In this document: positions 10,054 to 27,500 of the stretch, in pieces
Layout: each line of letters opens with the position of its first letter
Numbering within the stretch: the first letter of the stretch is position 1
Assembly (NCBI GenBank): GCA_973895155.1
Contig: OZ316898.1
Coordinates: 21,416,122 to 21,480,121 of the forward strand
DNA from: Marsupella aquatica
Lineage: Eukaryota; Plantae; Marchantiophyta
DNA: 64,000 nucleotides
Direction of reading: 5' to 3'
Program-made: the position numbers and the translations under genes
The notes under the pieces: generated by a model
What the model was told of the DNA's origin: nothing
Database searches by the model: none
What the model saw: only the letters and a program-made list of their open reading frames with translations

Positions 10054-11589
10054 TGGTGGACCTTGCCACCCGACGCCGTCACCAATCCCGACACTCACAC
10101 CTAAGTGCCCCTGGTGCCCGAACGCCTCCACGGAATACCTCAAGCAAGCACCTTAGTGCCCTTTTTGCACCACCCGCGGCCACTCCCATACGAAGCCGCA
10201 CTTGCTCTCTAATACGACCGCTACTCAACGGTCCTCACAATCTGCACCACCAACCAAGCACTTTGGTAAGTAACCCTTCAGGATCTAGAACTCACCAAGT
10301 CTAGCATCCTAACTCAAGCTCAACAGACGTTTGGTAAGTAGGTCAGCGATAGGTCCTCCCGATGCCATGAGTCGGAACCAGAACCCACGCCCACTGTTCG
10401 TCCAGAACAGCTCCTTCCTTGGGCGCGGCCCGGGTTACCCCTCGTACCTATCCATCACCAACTGACCGCCCTGACCTCAGGACATGCTCATGGCCCAAAT
10501 AAGCGTAGCTTGTCCCAAAGCTTGTCCCAACGCGCCAGGACCAGAATGGCCCCAACTCTAGCATCCAACTCCCGATCGCCCCGTTGATGGTCTAGGGGCC
10601 AAACACCATTGGGGCTCAACCTCCCACCTACTTGGCCTTGCCTTGCCAACGCAAGCTCCCTAGGGAGACTGAACGCGGCTTGGCTGCTGTTCGGTGGGAT
10701 TTGGCAAGCGGGCGAACTAACACCCGCTTTCCCCGAGAACCCATGGCGCCCCCAGACCCAGCTGAGCTCAGGAGGTCGTAGCCCACCTCAAGAGCTTTCC
10801 AACGCACCCAAGAAGTCCTCCAACGGACTTCCCGTTGGGAAGATATCGTCGTTTCCGTTTGGCGTCTCCCCTTAGTGTCGCGACCGCCGTGGCTCACGAC
10901 TTGGGCTCGCCCTTGGCCCCCAGGGAGACACCACTCCCCTCATATATGCTTCTGGGGACCTGCCACCCCCAGACCAGCTTTGGTCCTCATTATTTGGCCT
11001 ACAACCCGATTCCTATTTCGCATAGCGGGCGCGCCACCAACTGGCAACGCCCATAACTTTCTTGTTAGGCATCCGCACATGGAGTGCCTTAGCCCATTGT
11101 GACCGGGCCGACCCGGTGCTCATGCCTAGGCCCTCAGGTCTGATTGCCGCTCGGGGCCCCCGATCGGCCCAACCCGGATTGGGCCATAACTTGCGCCCCA
11201 AGTGTCCGTTACCACTGGAGTCAACTCCATTGGCCTTGGGCCCGAGAGGAGCTCATACTCAAGCCCTCAGAACTCAAAGTCCGTCCGGTGGCCCGGACGG
11301 TCGACCTTGAGCCCAGCCCTTATCCCGCTTGACCCGGCTAGCACTCGGCTCGCCAAGGTCCTTAGTGTGTGTCACCAGCTTGATGCCATGCCTTCGCCAG
11401 TGCCACTTCCCAATGCTCACTAGTCTCCCCATGCTAAGTCCTCCCCGGATGGCCTATTCGGGCCTGGACCATAAGGGAGCTCGGCGTCGGAGTCAGCAAC
11501 GCCGGAGCTAAGTGTTGAGGTAGTCGAGTTCCGCGACTTCCAAGCGGTATGGCCCTGCGGCATTGTGGGCCAAGTTGGATTCCACCCCA
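10054..11589 (-). repeat. ~1.5-kb 5' LTR of gypsy copy 1
   Basis: Adjacent to the PBS and homologous to 39839-41275. The outer boundary is approximate. Confidence 0.8.
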
Positions 11590-11841
11590 GAAGAGTTCCC
11601 TGTAAGTAGGAATCCAAAAACATTCCTTGGCAATGCTAGTTGTATAAGCTCTATTGTGTGGGCATGTATTGATACAAGCAATATGTCATGTGCAGGTGGA
11701 TTGGACTCCTCCTGAGGGGTTAGTGGCACGGGTCATCATAGAGGATGAGCAGACGGACATTGTACCCAATGAGGAGGGTACCCAGGAGGAGACACCTCTA
11801 ACTTGTGGGCAACAGGGCAGTGCAGGCACACAGGCTCGTGA

Positions 11842-12003
11842 CAGAGAGAGAGGTGAGGGAGGGAGAGATAGAGGGAGGGAGAGAGAGAGAGGTGAGGGAG
11901 GGAGAGAGGTGAGGGAGGGAGGGAGAGATAGAGGGAGGGAGAGAGGGAGAGATAGAGGGAGGGAGAGAGAGAGAGATGAGGGAAGGAGAGAGAGAGAGGG
12001 AGG
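11842..12003. repeat. GA-rich compound microsatellite
   Basis: Repeated GAGAGAGAGGTGAGGGAGGGAGAGATAGAGGGAGG units. Confidence 0.95.
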
Positions 12004-12215
12004 ACGAGGAGCCATGTCCACAGGGACTCCACCAGGAGATCCCGTGACACTAGAGGCAAGGGTGCGGAGCAGACAGATCCTTTGTCCTCCAGTAGTAGTA
12101 GCTCAAATGAGGATGAGCAGAGGTTTGAGTTGCGCAGTCGAGGCGGACAGTCAGGAGGTGCGCAAGAGAGGTCCCTTCGTAGGTCTGGACGGAACAGGAG
12201 CCACTCTCAGCGACA

Positions 12216-12238
12216 TTAGGGTTTAGGGTTTAGGGTTT
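12216..12238 (+). repeat. Short interstitial TTTAGGG repeat
   Basis: TTAGGG TTTAGGG TTTAGGG TTT. Confidence 0.85.
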
Positions 12239-12489
12239 CTTTGCAGGACTTCCTCCTGAATTTTGTAAATCTCCCAATTCAATTTTGATCTCACCCATAT
12301 GTAGTGGTGCCACATTCCAGGATTGAATTGTGTACAATGGGCATGTATTGATCTTGAACACTTGATTGTGTATTTTGTATGTATTCCCTACCCCCTAAAA
12401 TGCACAACCCTCCCACATAACCATGGAGCCCTAAACAATATCATAGGTCAGTATAACCCCACAAAAGCCAGATAATGTTAGTATATATA

Positions 12490-12914
12490 CCTCGTCTATG
12501 GGAAGAAGCAGACGTCTTATTTGGCAATGTTTAATTAATTACGTCTTTCCAAAAGACCAACATTACGTCCTGACTAAAGACACACGCTAGCCTAAACGTC
12601 CTTTTTAAGGCCTCGTGTAAACACGTTATACAGGACGTTATTAAGTATAACGTCATATTTACAGACGTAAATTACTGGAATTGTCCGACTAAACTCTTCC
12701 CATTGGAACGTTGTTATTTACTACGTCCATCAGATTACGTCGCATAAAATGAGGTAACTAACGTCGTGGTAGACAACATTAATGAGATCGTCTGGGTCTG
12801 GGCTCTTAACGTGCCCAGTTTCACGTTGCCAAAATCGACTTTGCTTCGGGGCAAGTTTACGTCGAGTAAAGCGTCAACTCAGATTACGTTAAACCCTCAA
12901 GAAATGTAGTTGTG
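12490..12914 (-). mobile_element. Possible CACTA-like transposon end with ACGT-rich subterminal repeats
   Basis: Dense ACGTC/GACGT/AACGT motifs ending at ...TGTAGTTGTG (CACAACTACA on minus). No partner end found. Confidence 0.35.
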
Positions 12915-13166
12915 ATGTCACCAGCTAATACAAAAGCAATCACCAGCTCATTATGTCCTAACGGTAAGTGACTTTTATGTCCTGAGCCGTAACTCATGTA
13001 CAACTGTGCTTTGACACGCCCTCCTAGATGCATCAAGAAGATCACTGACCTGTGCTCACCATAGCTTGGTTGGATTGATGAGGAGATTATTCATAGCAAG
13101 GTGAGAAACAACAGACCCAATGGGTAGGCTTAATTTATTAGGTTCTATTGTAAGGTCAAGTTGTGC

Positions 13167-13463
13167 CCTGGTCAGCCTACTTTTTAAGGTTTTTTGTTTT
13201 TAGCCAATGTGGCAAATGTCAACCTCTCTAAGGGAAGAAATGCTAAGAATATTCTTTATCAAAATTCCAGGATTATTTCCTGGCTGTCAAATTTCCCTCT
13301 ATTTATGAACAACAGTTAGATTCTAGCAAATGGGGTCCATGATTTGGTGGGAAAGTGGCGAAGGAAAGACACAAAACCTAACAAGTTTTTGCCAACAGTG
13401 GCAAACAGTTTTGGGGAGGTGGCTTTGGCCAAAATTCACACCTAAAAAATATGTTGGCCCTGG
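13167..13463. mobile_element. Possible degenerate MITE
   Basis: Imperfect inverted ends GGTCAGCCTACTTTTTAAGGT / ACCTAAAAAATATGTTGGCCC. No TSD found. Confidence 0.3.
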
Positions 13464-14832
13464 CCTTAGTGCAAACAGCCTACAGGAGTGTGATAGATGG
13501 CAGTGGGAATGGAAAGGCAGAAACGAGGTTGGTGCTTCCCCAATATGACCTGTGTGAACTGCTCGCTTCCCATCTTGGTCGTCAACTAGCTTCCCATCTT
13601 GGTCGTCAACAATTCAGCATATCGAAATGTTGACACACACAATGGAAGAATTTGTAGGGAGGTTGGTCCATGCCTAAGGTGAGGTTCATTTTTTGGCTCT
13701 TATTGAATCACATTTTCTTCACAAATGGGAGGGGAAGCCATTGGAAGTTGTGTGATGGTATCTTCTCCAGGTGTATATCATGCTTTGAGCATACTCAACA
13801 CCTTTTCTTCAGTTGAAACAAAGTTACAAAGAGGTGGAGACGAGGGTGGAGAGAGATCCAACAACTAGTGCTAGGTTCTCCTGCACTTAAGGTGACTACC
13901 AGTACAATGTTTAAGGCCATTGACAGTGCAATTTTGAAGTATGAATGGAATCATGGAATTATGCCACAACATATGGAAAGAAACAAACAAACCCACCTAC
14001 TCTCAATTTCTTGGGATACGTCCGGATTGGGTGGTCTTCCATAACACTAACTTGACGTTGGAATCCATGATAGGCTTCTGTCATTCTGCTAAGAAAGCTA
14101 AGCAGGTCAAAGATGTCATTGAGCTACTCCAGGTCGTGCTGAAACCTCGGGAACAGACTCATAGTCCAGTCTCGCTTGGAGTTGAAGATGAGGAAAGTAG
14201 ATAGGATCTTGCAGCTGACCAGGTATGGTATACATCTTAGGGAGAGTAGTAGCAGAGAGCCCTGGTGTACCCGGGGGTGTACCAGCCGCTGGGATCAGGA
14301 GTTGGCCATGGTTTGGTGGTTGCTTTTGATTGCTTGACATGACTAGTCTTGGACTTTCCGGGTTGGACTTTTTGTCCTGCCTGGGCCTTGGTGTGTTCCT
14401 CCCTGGGTGGCGTTTGTCCCTGGAGTGGTGTGTTGGGGTGCACCTCCCTCATTTTGGCGCCACCCTTGTGGGGCACTTGGTTGTAAAAGAAAAAGAAAAG
14501 AAGATGGCGATCCCTAGTAGCACAGAGGTGCCACTATGAAATGCTAAATGAAAGTCTGACAAACTTCCAGTACAACCTGATAATTATCAACATTTGATTC
14601 CATCCGTCAATCTAAGCAATTCGATGGTTTGAAACTTGCCTTGTGACCATTAATGTGCACTGTCCTCTTTGTTAGCCAGTGCTCTATTAATTGCATGCTT
14701 CACTTCATCAGGTCCAACTGTTTGAGCTCTCATGAGTTTTCAACTTAGGCTTCTAGGTCCATTCTGGAAAATCTGGCGGCCTAGAAAACCCAAGGATAAT
14801 TCCAAATGTAGTGAATTTCTTCTCACCTTGTT

Positions 14833-20150
<5,318 letters not shown>

Positions 20151-21053
20151 AGAATTCGCCTAATGGCCTTCTCTCATAATTTTTTAAATGAGAATTTTGC
20201 ATTCTACATTCTCTAATCTGTCGCATCCTTGTGAGCATCTTGTCTTCAGATTGACAGGATATCTATCTGAGTGCGCTGTTTATGTTATGCCCTTTCCTTC
20301 TTGAAAGCTGTCATTGGTCTGGACCCAGAATGGCGCATTGGATTATGGATGGTATTCCAATTGTTGTCTCCAAGCTTTGCACCATTTTCATACCAAGCAA
20401 GTGTGACGTGACCGCTCATTCGAACGAATTACTTGAGAATGCATTCTCTGGACATGGGAATGCATTTTGGTCAAGAATCATGTAAAAACAACCACTTCCT
20501 AGCAAAGACTCCATGGGCGCCTATCTAATTCAGGTCTAGTGAGTTGTAAAAACATCACACAATGCGCCTAGTGACCAACCTGAGATTCTCGACACTTGCA
20601 AGTTGGAAACTACAAAGTCGATCGAAACTTTACAATAAATCATCGATATCAAAATGGGAATGATACCCACATCGGTGCAGTCGGTATTGATTCTATGAGT
20701 GAGCCCAAGACGAAAGAAAGTAAACGAAATCGTTTAGAAGAAGCATTTTCTGGAAGATTGTTCTGGACGACACAATCGCGAGACCTCTACAGTCAGTCCT
20801 ACTCTTTACGTTATCTACATTTCATATCCCGAGGATGAGTCCTAAAAGTTATCCAAACACTAAGGGAGCTCCAATATTATCCCTTCGACTCGATCATACC
20901 ATCGCGCTAAACATGATACATGTATCGCTTCGCCAAAAAAAGGAAATCTTTGCAATCGAATGCAGACGCGCACAGTTCACACTTTGTTAACTGGCCCAAT
21001 CGCCTCATTGCTCCCCGATGCTCAGCTCGATGATTGTCATACAGCAAAATCGA

Positions 21054-21368
21054 CTACATCACAGCTCCACAGCATAAACTATCTCCCGTCTGTTGATGCG
21101 CCTGTTCCTTGGCCATCTGATCTGCTAAATCATTCCATTTCGACTTCCAGTCTCTTCCATTTGTGTGCGCCAGGACATGCGTCCAGAAGATGCGTCGTTC
21201 ACCCTGCTCCCTCAGCAACCACTTCAACAAATCACTGTTCAAAACGGGGGCTCCATCAGCTTTGACCCATCCTCGTGCTATCCATCCCGGAATCCATTCA
21301 GTCATGGAGCGGATGAGCAGCATGCTATCAGAGTAGATGTAAAGCGGCTTCACTTTCGCCTTTGAAAC
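21054..21368 (-). pseudogene. Ribonuclease H1-like terminal exon (orphan)
   Basis: A CCGCAG acceptor precedes VSKAKVKPLYIYSDS..TEWIPGWIARGW..NSDL..WTHVLAH..NDLADQMAK. The N-terminal catalytic exon(s) were not found. Confidence 0.8.
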
Positions 21369-21588
21369 CTGCGGAAGTCTACAATTGGGTTTTGTTATTG
21401 CATCTGTCTGTCAATGAAGATTTGGAGAAGAAAAAACATAGGGCAGTCTCCTCTTCGCCAAGGTGAGACAGTTGATGCCAATCAACAGCAATCGAGTTGA
21501 CAGAACTCAACAAATATGGAAGAACACGAATTTCAGGGAAAGCAGATCACCTTCCAATGAGTTACTGCTACGAGTATCAGAATCCTGT

Positions 21589-23701
21589 CTACAGCTTTCT
21601 GCCAAACACGCGACATCGTTCGCAACGTTTCTTGCAGATATCCTCAAGCATCTTCGCTGCTGCTGTACGTTCCTGCTGCATTTGTTTTGCCCGGGATCTC
21701 ATCAATTGACGTTCTTCCTTACCGCCGTTAGAAAAGTCATCGAGCCATTCAGCTATAAGTTTCCCGAGTTGGTACATGTCCGATCCCTTGGTGTATCTTT
21801 TCCTTTTCCTTTTCCTTTTCCTTTTGTCATTGTCTTCTTCCAACGTTTCCGCATCCCAACCCGTTAAGTCCTCACCAACCCATACTTCATTGTCGTCTCC
21901 AGCAGCTTCCAAGTCTATGATCACCCATTTCCATTCACCCAAATCATTTACTTTGATAACGTTGGGCCACCTTATGTCCCTGTGGGTGTAGCCTTTCATG
22001 TGCAAGTCCGCAAGGCCGCATAACATGTCATGCGTGGCATTTACTAAATCCTTGCAATCCTTAGGCTTTGCATATGGGTCACCAACAGGTTGTAGTCGCA
22101 ATACTGTTCTAGCCTTGGATCGTCGGACGGATATAAGTTGGATCAGGTACCTGGAGCCAGCGATTTTTTCATACAGGCATTCTATCGCGGTCACCTTCTC
22201 TTTCGTCAATCCTGGGATTTCCTTCGTCACGCAGTCAGGATAGATCGTCACTGCTCCACCATAAACTCTTGCTATTGGCTTATATAATGCCAAGGGGATG
22301 TCACTATCCAGTTCTTCCTGTAGTTTCTGTAGGAGACAGTGCATCCGAATGGTGCTATGTAGGAACTTGGCTACATCGCTCAACATATTCAAGTCATAGA
22401 GTTGTGAGATACTTTCACAAAGAATTTCCTTGCCTCGCGGATAGAGCTTCAGCCATTGAAACTGCCTTCCACCGGAGCAACCACCAATCACATAAGGGAG
22501 CTTACCATAGAACAAAGGGCTCCATGCCTTTAATTTTGAGGTGTTCTCACCTGCAGCCTCGTGCCGAAGTGCCGGGTCTGTCTTATTCTCCCATCGGAGA
22601 ATGAGACAATCCCTCACAAACAGCTGAAAATCTGGTCTTAAAAGCGGTTTTAGTGGTCGCGATGCTGGAGTAGTAGTCGAGGGATTGGGTGAATCCAGTA
22701 ACCAGACCAAACCTTGTAATTTTGCGTTTGCTGGAGCCTCGTCATTTAATAATGAGATGAAATCTCCAGTGAGTTTAGCCAATTCATGTGAGCTCGTGGC
22801 CTCATTGCCTGGACAATGACGCATTATCTCTCCGAACGCACTGTCGCAGAAGGTTGCCAACTCTCCCGCCACTGCGGGAATATCAAGCTCCACCAGCTCA
22901 GAAGAGCATATTTTCTTGAATTTTACAAGATTGCGAATTGGGAGCGGTACTGGTGTCTGGGACAAAAACTCCGAGAGTTCATGGGCACTTCGTGGGAGCG
23001 TCGGAGGTGGTTCCAACAGTTTCCCAAAATAGCGCTCTCTAGCTTCAATATTAGCTTTTGCCTTCTTTGAAAGTTTTGCCTTCTTTGAAAGTCGCGCTCC
23101 CTCTGCGTACACACCAATCACGAAGTGTTGAAGAGGAAGAGAAAAACAGGAAAGTCATCCAATAATCACTCGAGCAATGAGCCCTACAAATTTGGCACGA
23201 TTCCGGCAGAAATGCTTTATCGGTTCGGCAAAGCAGGAAGAGACACAGGACACCTGTTATTGCAACAGTACTTTCCAAACAAATGCCAGAGCAAGGGCGA
23301 CAGCTGCTGTCCATGATACCCTTGATCACTTTTCAGCAAAGAAAACCAAGCAGCAACAGAGGGGTGCTCAAAGGAAAAAACTCAACGAAAAGACAAACCA
23401 GAACAAGAACGAGAAGATACTGACGAGAAACACATTGCTGTGAAATTCAGTTGGAATTACCATCCGTAGAGTTTCGTTTTTGAAGCTGAATTGCCGACTC
23501 AACTGCCAGTATCAATCCGCCAGGTGCCTTTGGGAACAGGCGCTGGATTAAGTCTTCGAGGCGCTTTTCCGACATCACTAGCAACGTAGATACTCCGACG
23601 CAGTCAAGCCATAGTTTCGCAGCAACGTCTCTCAGTCGTGCTTCGTCAGGAATAGTTCTCCGAAGCAGGTTCATAATATTTTCTTCTTCACCACTCGCCA
23701 T
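21589..23701 (-). CDS. Crinkler (CRN)-type protein: short N-terminal helical domain, REase-like domain and CR-kinase
   Basis: Exon 1 is 23701-23461 (GTAATT donor) and exon 2 is 23102-21589 (ACGCAG acceptor); they join in frame. Motifs: LRPDF..LRWENK..KL.AW.P..YG.LPY, then HRDIRWPNV, IIDLE, SDMYQLG. Confidence 0.75.
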
Positions 23702-24319
23702 TGGATCTTGCAGGCTGAACAATATAGTGCTTACTTCTTCTTAAGATATATGCTATGAAACCAGGCAGAGACAAGACAGCCACAAACGCGCAAGTTATAA
23801 CAAAACAAAGCACATACAAATGACAAGCAGAAACGAAACCCTCGGGTTGACAGAAATCGTAGCAACAGAGGAAGCGACAGAGGAACGAGCACACACAAGG
23901 ATGAAAACTACGGTACAAGGCCGTGAAACTCACCATCCACCAAACCCTGGATCACCGAAAACCCAGTCCAAATCCTGCAACCGCACGATGTAAGGCCTTT
24001 TGATCCACAGCGTATCATGACAATCAATTAAACATGCAACGATTCACCACCTCAAAATTTCCAAACCCTACTGCTAGCGAATCCGCCTCACTTCACTACT
24101 TCAGCCTATGCCGAACAGACCAGTGTACCGAATGCTCGGACTCTTTATGCAGACGGCCTCCTCTCCTCTCCTCGGTCGGCAGACAAGGAGTTGATCCGTT
24201 CCGTTCTAGGCGCAACGGGTTCAGATCTCAGGTTTCTCGACGCAACTGAGCTTCCCGCCCCGACAGCGAGCTTCTCTCCCGAAAACGATCACCGTGTGTA
24301 GCTTTTGTGGGACCCACAG

Positions 24320-24503
24320 CCATATCTATTCATCCATCTATTCTTGCAACCGTCGTATTTGAAACTACTACTGAATACCTGTGTTCTATCCATCTATCCT
24401 ATTCCTGCATATATCTTCTTTAACCTACTGCCGAATACCTGGGTTCTGTCCATCCATATATTCGTGCATCTATTGTATTTGAACCTACTACTGAATACAT
24501 AGG
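24320..24503. repeat. 60-bp tandem repeat (~3 copies)
   Basis: AAC(C)TACT.C.GAATAC recurs at ~24363, ~24422 and ~24482. Confidence 0.8.
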
Positions 24504-27500
24504 TTTTTGTCAAGCTTTTGTGTCAAGAAAAACATCTTACTTATTTACTTATTTCACCTGAAATTAATAGTATTTGAGACCTCCCAATGTTATCCGTTGC
24601 CGACCTGTTGTGCCTTGTGTAAAACCCCTAATGTATATGTTTACGGTCCTTCCTTACTCCTTAATGATGTATTATTGGTACTTGGCCCTGAGGTATTTGC
24701 TTGATCAACCCCCAAACTGAAAGTTGTTACTTGATGGACCCCCTGAGGTCTATCAACGGTCCAGATCTGAGATTGAAAGGTCCCCTCTTTCATGTCGTCG
24801 CTTCTTTTACATTCCTCTTCTTGGCTCTTCTTCTTTCTATCCTCAAGTTTCCAATCCCATAGCAAAAAGAACTTGCGGCCACTATCCTCATATCCCATGG
24901 CAACGAACTAACCCTATCCTAAAAATGGTTTCAATTACCGGGTTCCACTCGTCGAAGGTGCCCAACTTCCTTATCCCTAAATCACATCCAAAACTCCACA
25001 TCATTAAATCCAGGGTGGTCGAGGAGATCCATATCTCAAGTTGAAATTTCCTTACAAGAATCATAAAAAAACGGGTTGCTGTCTCCCTTGCCGGTTGTTA
25101 GTCTCCTTGGATTTTCATTGAGTTTACATAGTCACCTAGGTTCTTCACCTCTTTTCTTATTTCTTCTTTTAAGCCTCTTTGTTCATCCGAAAACCTCTTT
25201 TTATTCCTTATCAAACACTTGTCTTCCTCCCCGAAAACATCTTTGTTTCGCATTTCTTCTTTTGATGGTTCATTTTCTCTGCTTACACATTTCCTGAGCT
25301 TCGTCCAGGACTCGTAACCGAGAAATCTTCCTCTGTTTTTATTCTTCTCTTACTTTAATCCCGTGTGCTTTGGATGAAATTTTCTTTTTGCTCGCCTGGA
25401 ATTCTTGATCGTTAGTGCTTAATCTTCTTCAATCCTTTTGTTCACTCGACAGCTCTCTACTTGAACACACTCACATCTTCACAACGTCATCTTCCTTTAA
25501 GACTCTGTGTCTCTTGATCTTAAACCTTATCGAAAGGAGTTAGCAGTTTGATTTCTGTCACCCAAAAATCTCAATTTCAGCGTCTTTTAAGTGTCTCTGG
25601 CTCAAACGACTCCGTTTTCTCTTCGCTTGACGCCAATTTTCTCTCAATCTTCTTTGCCTGCTTGCGCCCTCCACCAATCAATTCACCCCAAACTGATGCT
25701 CCTGCTACCATTTTGACTTCGTTTTCTACTTATGTTACGAGCACTTTCATCATGGCCCGAGGCGCTATAAATTCCATCAAGTCCCGGAGAGAAGTTAACA
25801 TTTTTGAGGAGTCAACTCTTTTCCTTCGCGCATCCCATCACTTTGTCTTGCAGTTCTCACAACTAAATTCTGTTCTCAGACAATTTCAATCACCTTTTCT
25901 CTTCACTTGAGAACACACGAAGCCCTTTGAGCACCTTTTTTTATCTCTCTTCATTGAAGTACTCTCAATCGAAGGCACCCGAAGTTTACCACGCACACTC
26001 CCGCCTTGCTGCTTCTGCTCCACAATTTTCCATCTCGTTCACAAAAAATACCTAGATTGTCCTTTCTATCGACCTTCTTTTCTTCACCTCCATTCCCTGC
26101 CACTCGAAACTCGTCATCCAGTTCCTCCGTAGTTGAGCTCTACTCACTATCCCCACCCAAAAGCATCGACTAAAAAAACAGCACTTCTTTTTCCCTCCCG
26201 AACTCACGTAGTGCGCGCTACTCCTCTTTGATTTGCTTTTGAACTTCTTCGATCCTTTTCGCCTCAAATTTCCATTAACTCCTTTCAAACTTCCCAGAAC
26301 TGCTCGCAGACCTTCAGCTCTTTTCTTTTCTGCACGCAACACCAAAACATCGAGCACACACTACTTGCCATCTTCTCCGTTTGACCTCAAAATCCCAAAA
26401 TTTTTCCCCATTTCCCACACCACAATACACTCTACTCACACTCGGTTCCTCCGTTTTTCCTCCACTCAAACCTGCTACGCGCGCATGGCCTCTGATTCCA
26501 TCTCTAACCTCCACACAACTGCCATGTTCACAGTGTCCTTATCAATTTGAATTCTCCCAGGCCGCCACATGTCACCTCCACATTAAATGCCTCAAATTCC
26601 TTATGCCTAAGCTCCAACTTTCACCCTTTTATTCCTCTTTTGTCCCATTATCTTTCTTTTAAAGTCCAGTTTGCTCTATGTTTCTCTCCTTCACAAACAG
26701 AGAACTATGTCATTCCGAGCCGGACAAAAGCAAGTCGACTAGATCCAGCACACTCCACTTCAATCGTCAAACATTCTTCCCGACGACAACGCAGGGAAGA
26801 ACAATTCAGCAGATAGACTTCAGCCAACCTACTGTAGCAACTGTAATGTACATATATAAGTAAGACGGATTTTGGTCTTTTTAGCAAGCAGTACATGGCT
26901 ATAATATCTCCGAGGGCTCTAACTTGAGACTAAGGAAAACCTTGAGGACAGTTGTTTAGGACATAAGGCCAGACTGGGTACTGGGAATTTAGGACTAAGG
27001 ATTGACAAAAGTTTGCTAATTGAGGACTTGGACCAGAGAACTCATTGAGTAGGGATGGCAGATTGAGGACTCAATCAGGGTGGAGGACTAATGACTTAGG
27101 GTAGAGGACTGAGGACTCAGGATGGAGGATTGAAGGCTCAAGGAAAAGGACTCAGAATGAAGGACTCAGGATTTGGGGCAGAGGATTGAGGACTCGGGCA
27201 GAGGATTGATGACTCGGGCAAAGGACTGAGGACTCGGGCAGAGGATTGAGGACTGAGGACTCTGGCAGAGGACTCAGGAAAAAGGACTGAGGACTCATAG
27301 TAAAAAACTGAGGACTCATGGCAAAGACTAAGGACTGAGGACTCCGGACGTTCAGACTGAGGACTCTGGACGGAGGAATTGAGCACTAGTGACCAAGGAC
27401 TGAGGACCAACGACGGATAACTGAGGACTAGAGACAAAAGACAAAGGACTTCAAACAGAGGATAGGGGACTGGTGATGGAGAAAAAATGGTGAACACACC

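Larger units (their letters stand above)
7444..11589 (-). mobile_element. Ty3/gypsy LTR retrotransposon, copy 1 (5' LTR, gag, protease; truncated before RT)
   Basis: PBS TGGTATCAGAGC, gag with a degenerate zinc knuckle (CFTCGAMGHQSKD), protease LVDTGAT, then PKGLRPRREVDHQVELEPG. Same family as 37583-41275. Confidence 0.9.

Noticed and set aside
10020-11511. Numerous short ORFs on both strands
   Set aside because: They lie within a GC-rich gypsy LTR and are broken at different places in the second LTR copy.
11654-12226. 190-aa Arg/Glu/Gly-rich ORF
   Set aside because: Open mainly because of the GA microsatellite.
21054-21589. Kinase-RNase H fusion by splicing
   Set aside because: The kinase ORF ends at its own stop (21589) and I found no convincing in-frame donor.
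24500-26700. Pyrimidine-rich region with short ORFs
   Set aside because: No recognisable motif; probably a decayed repeat that I cannot classify.
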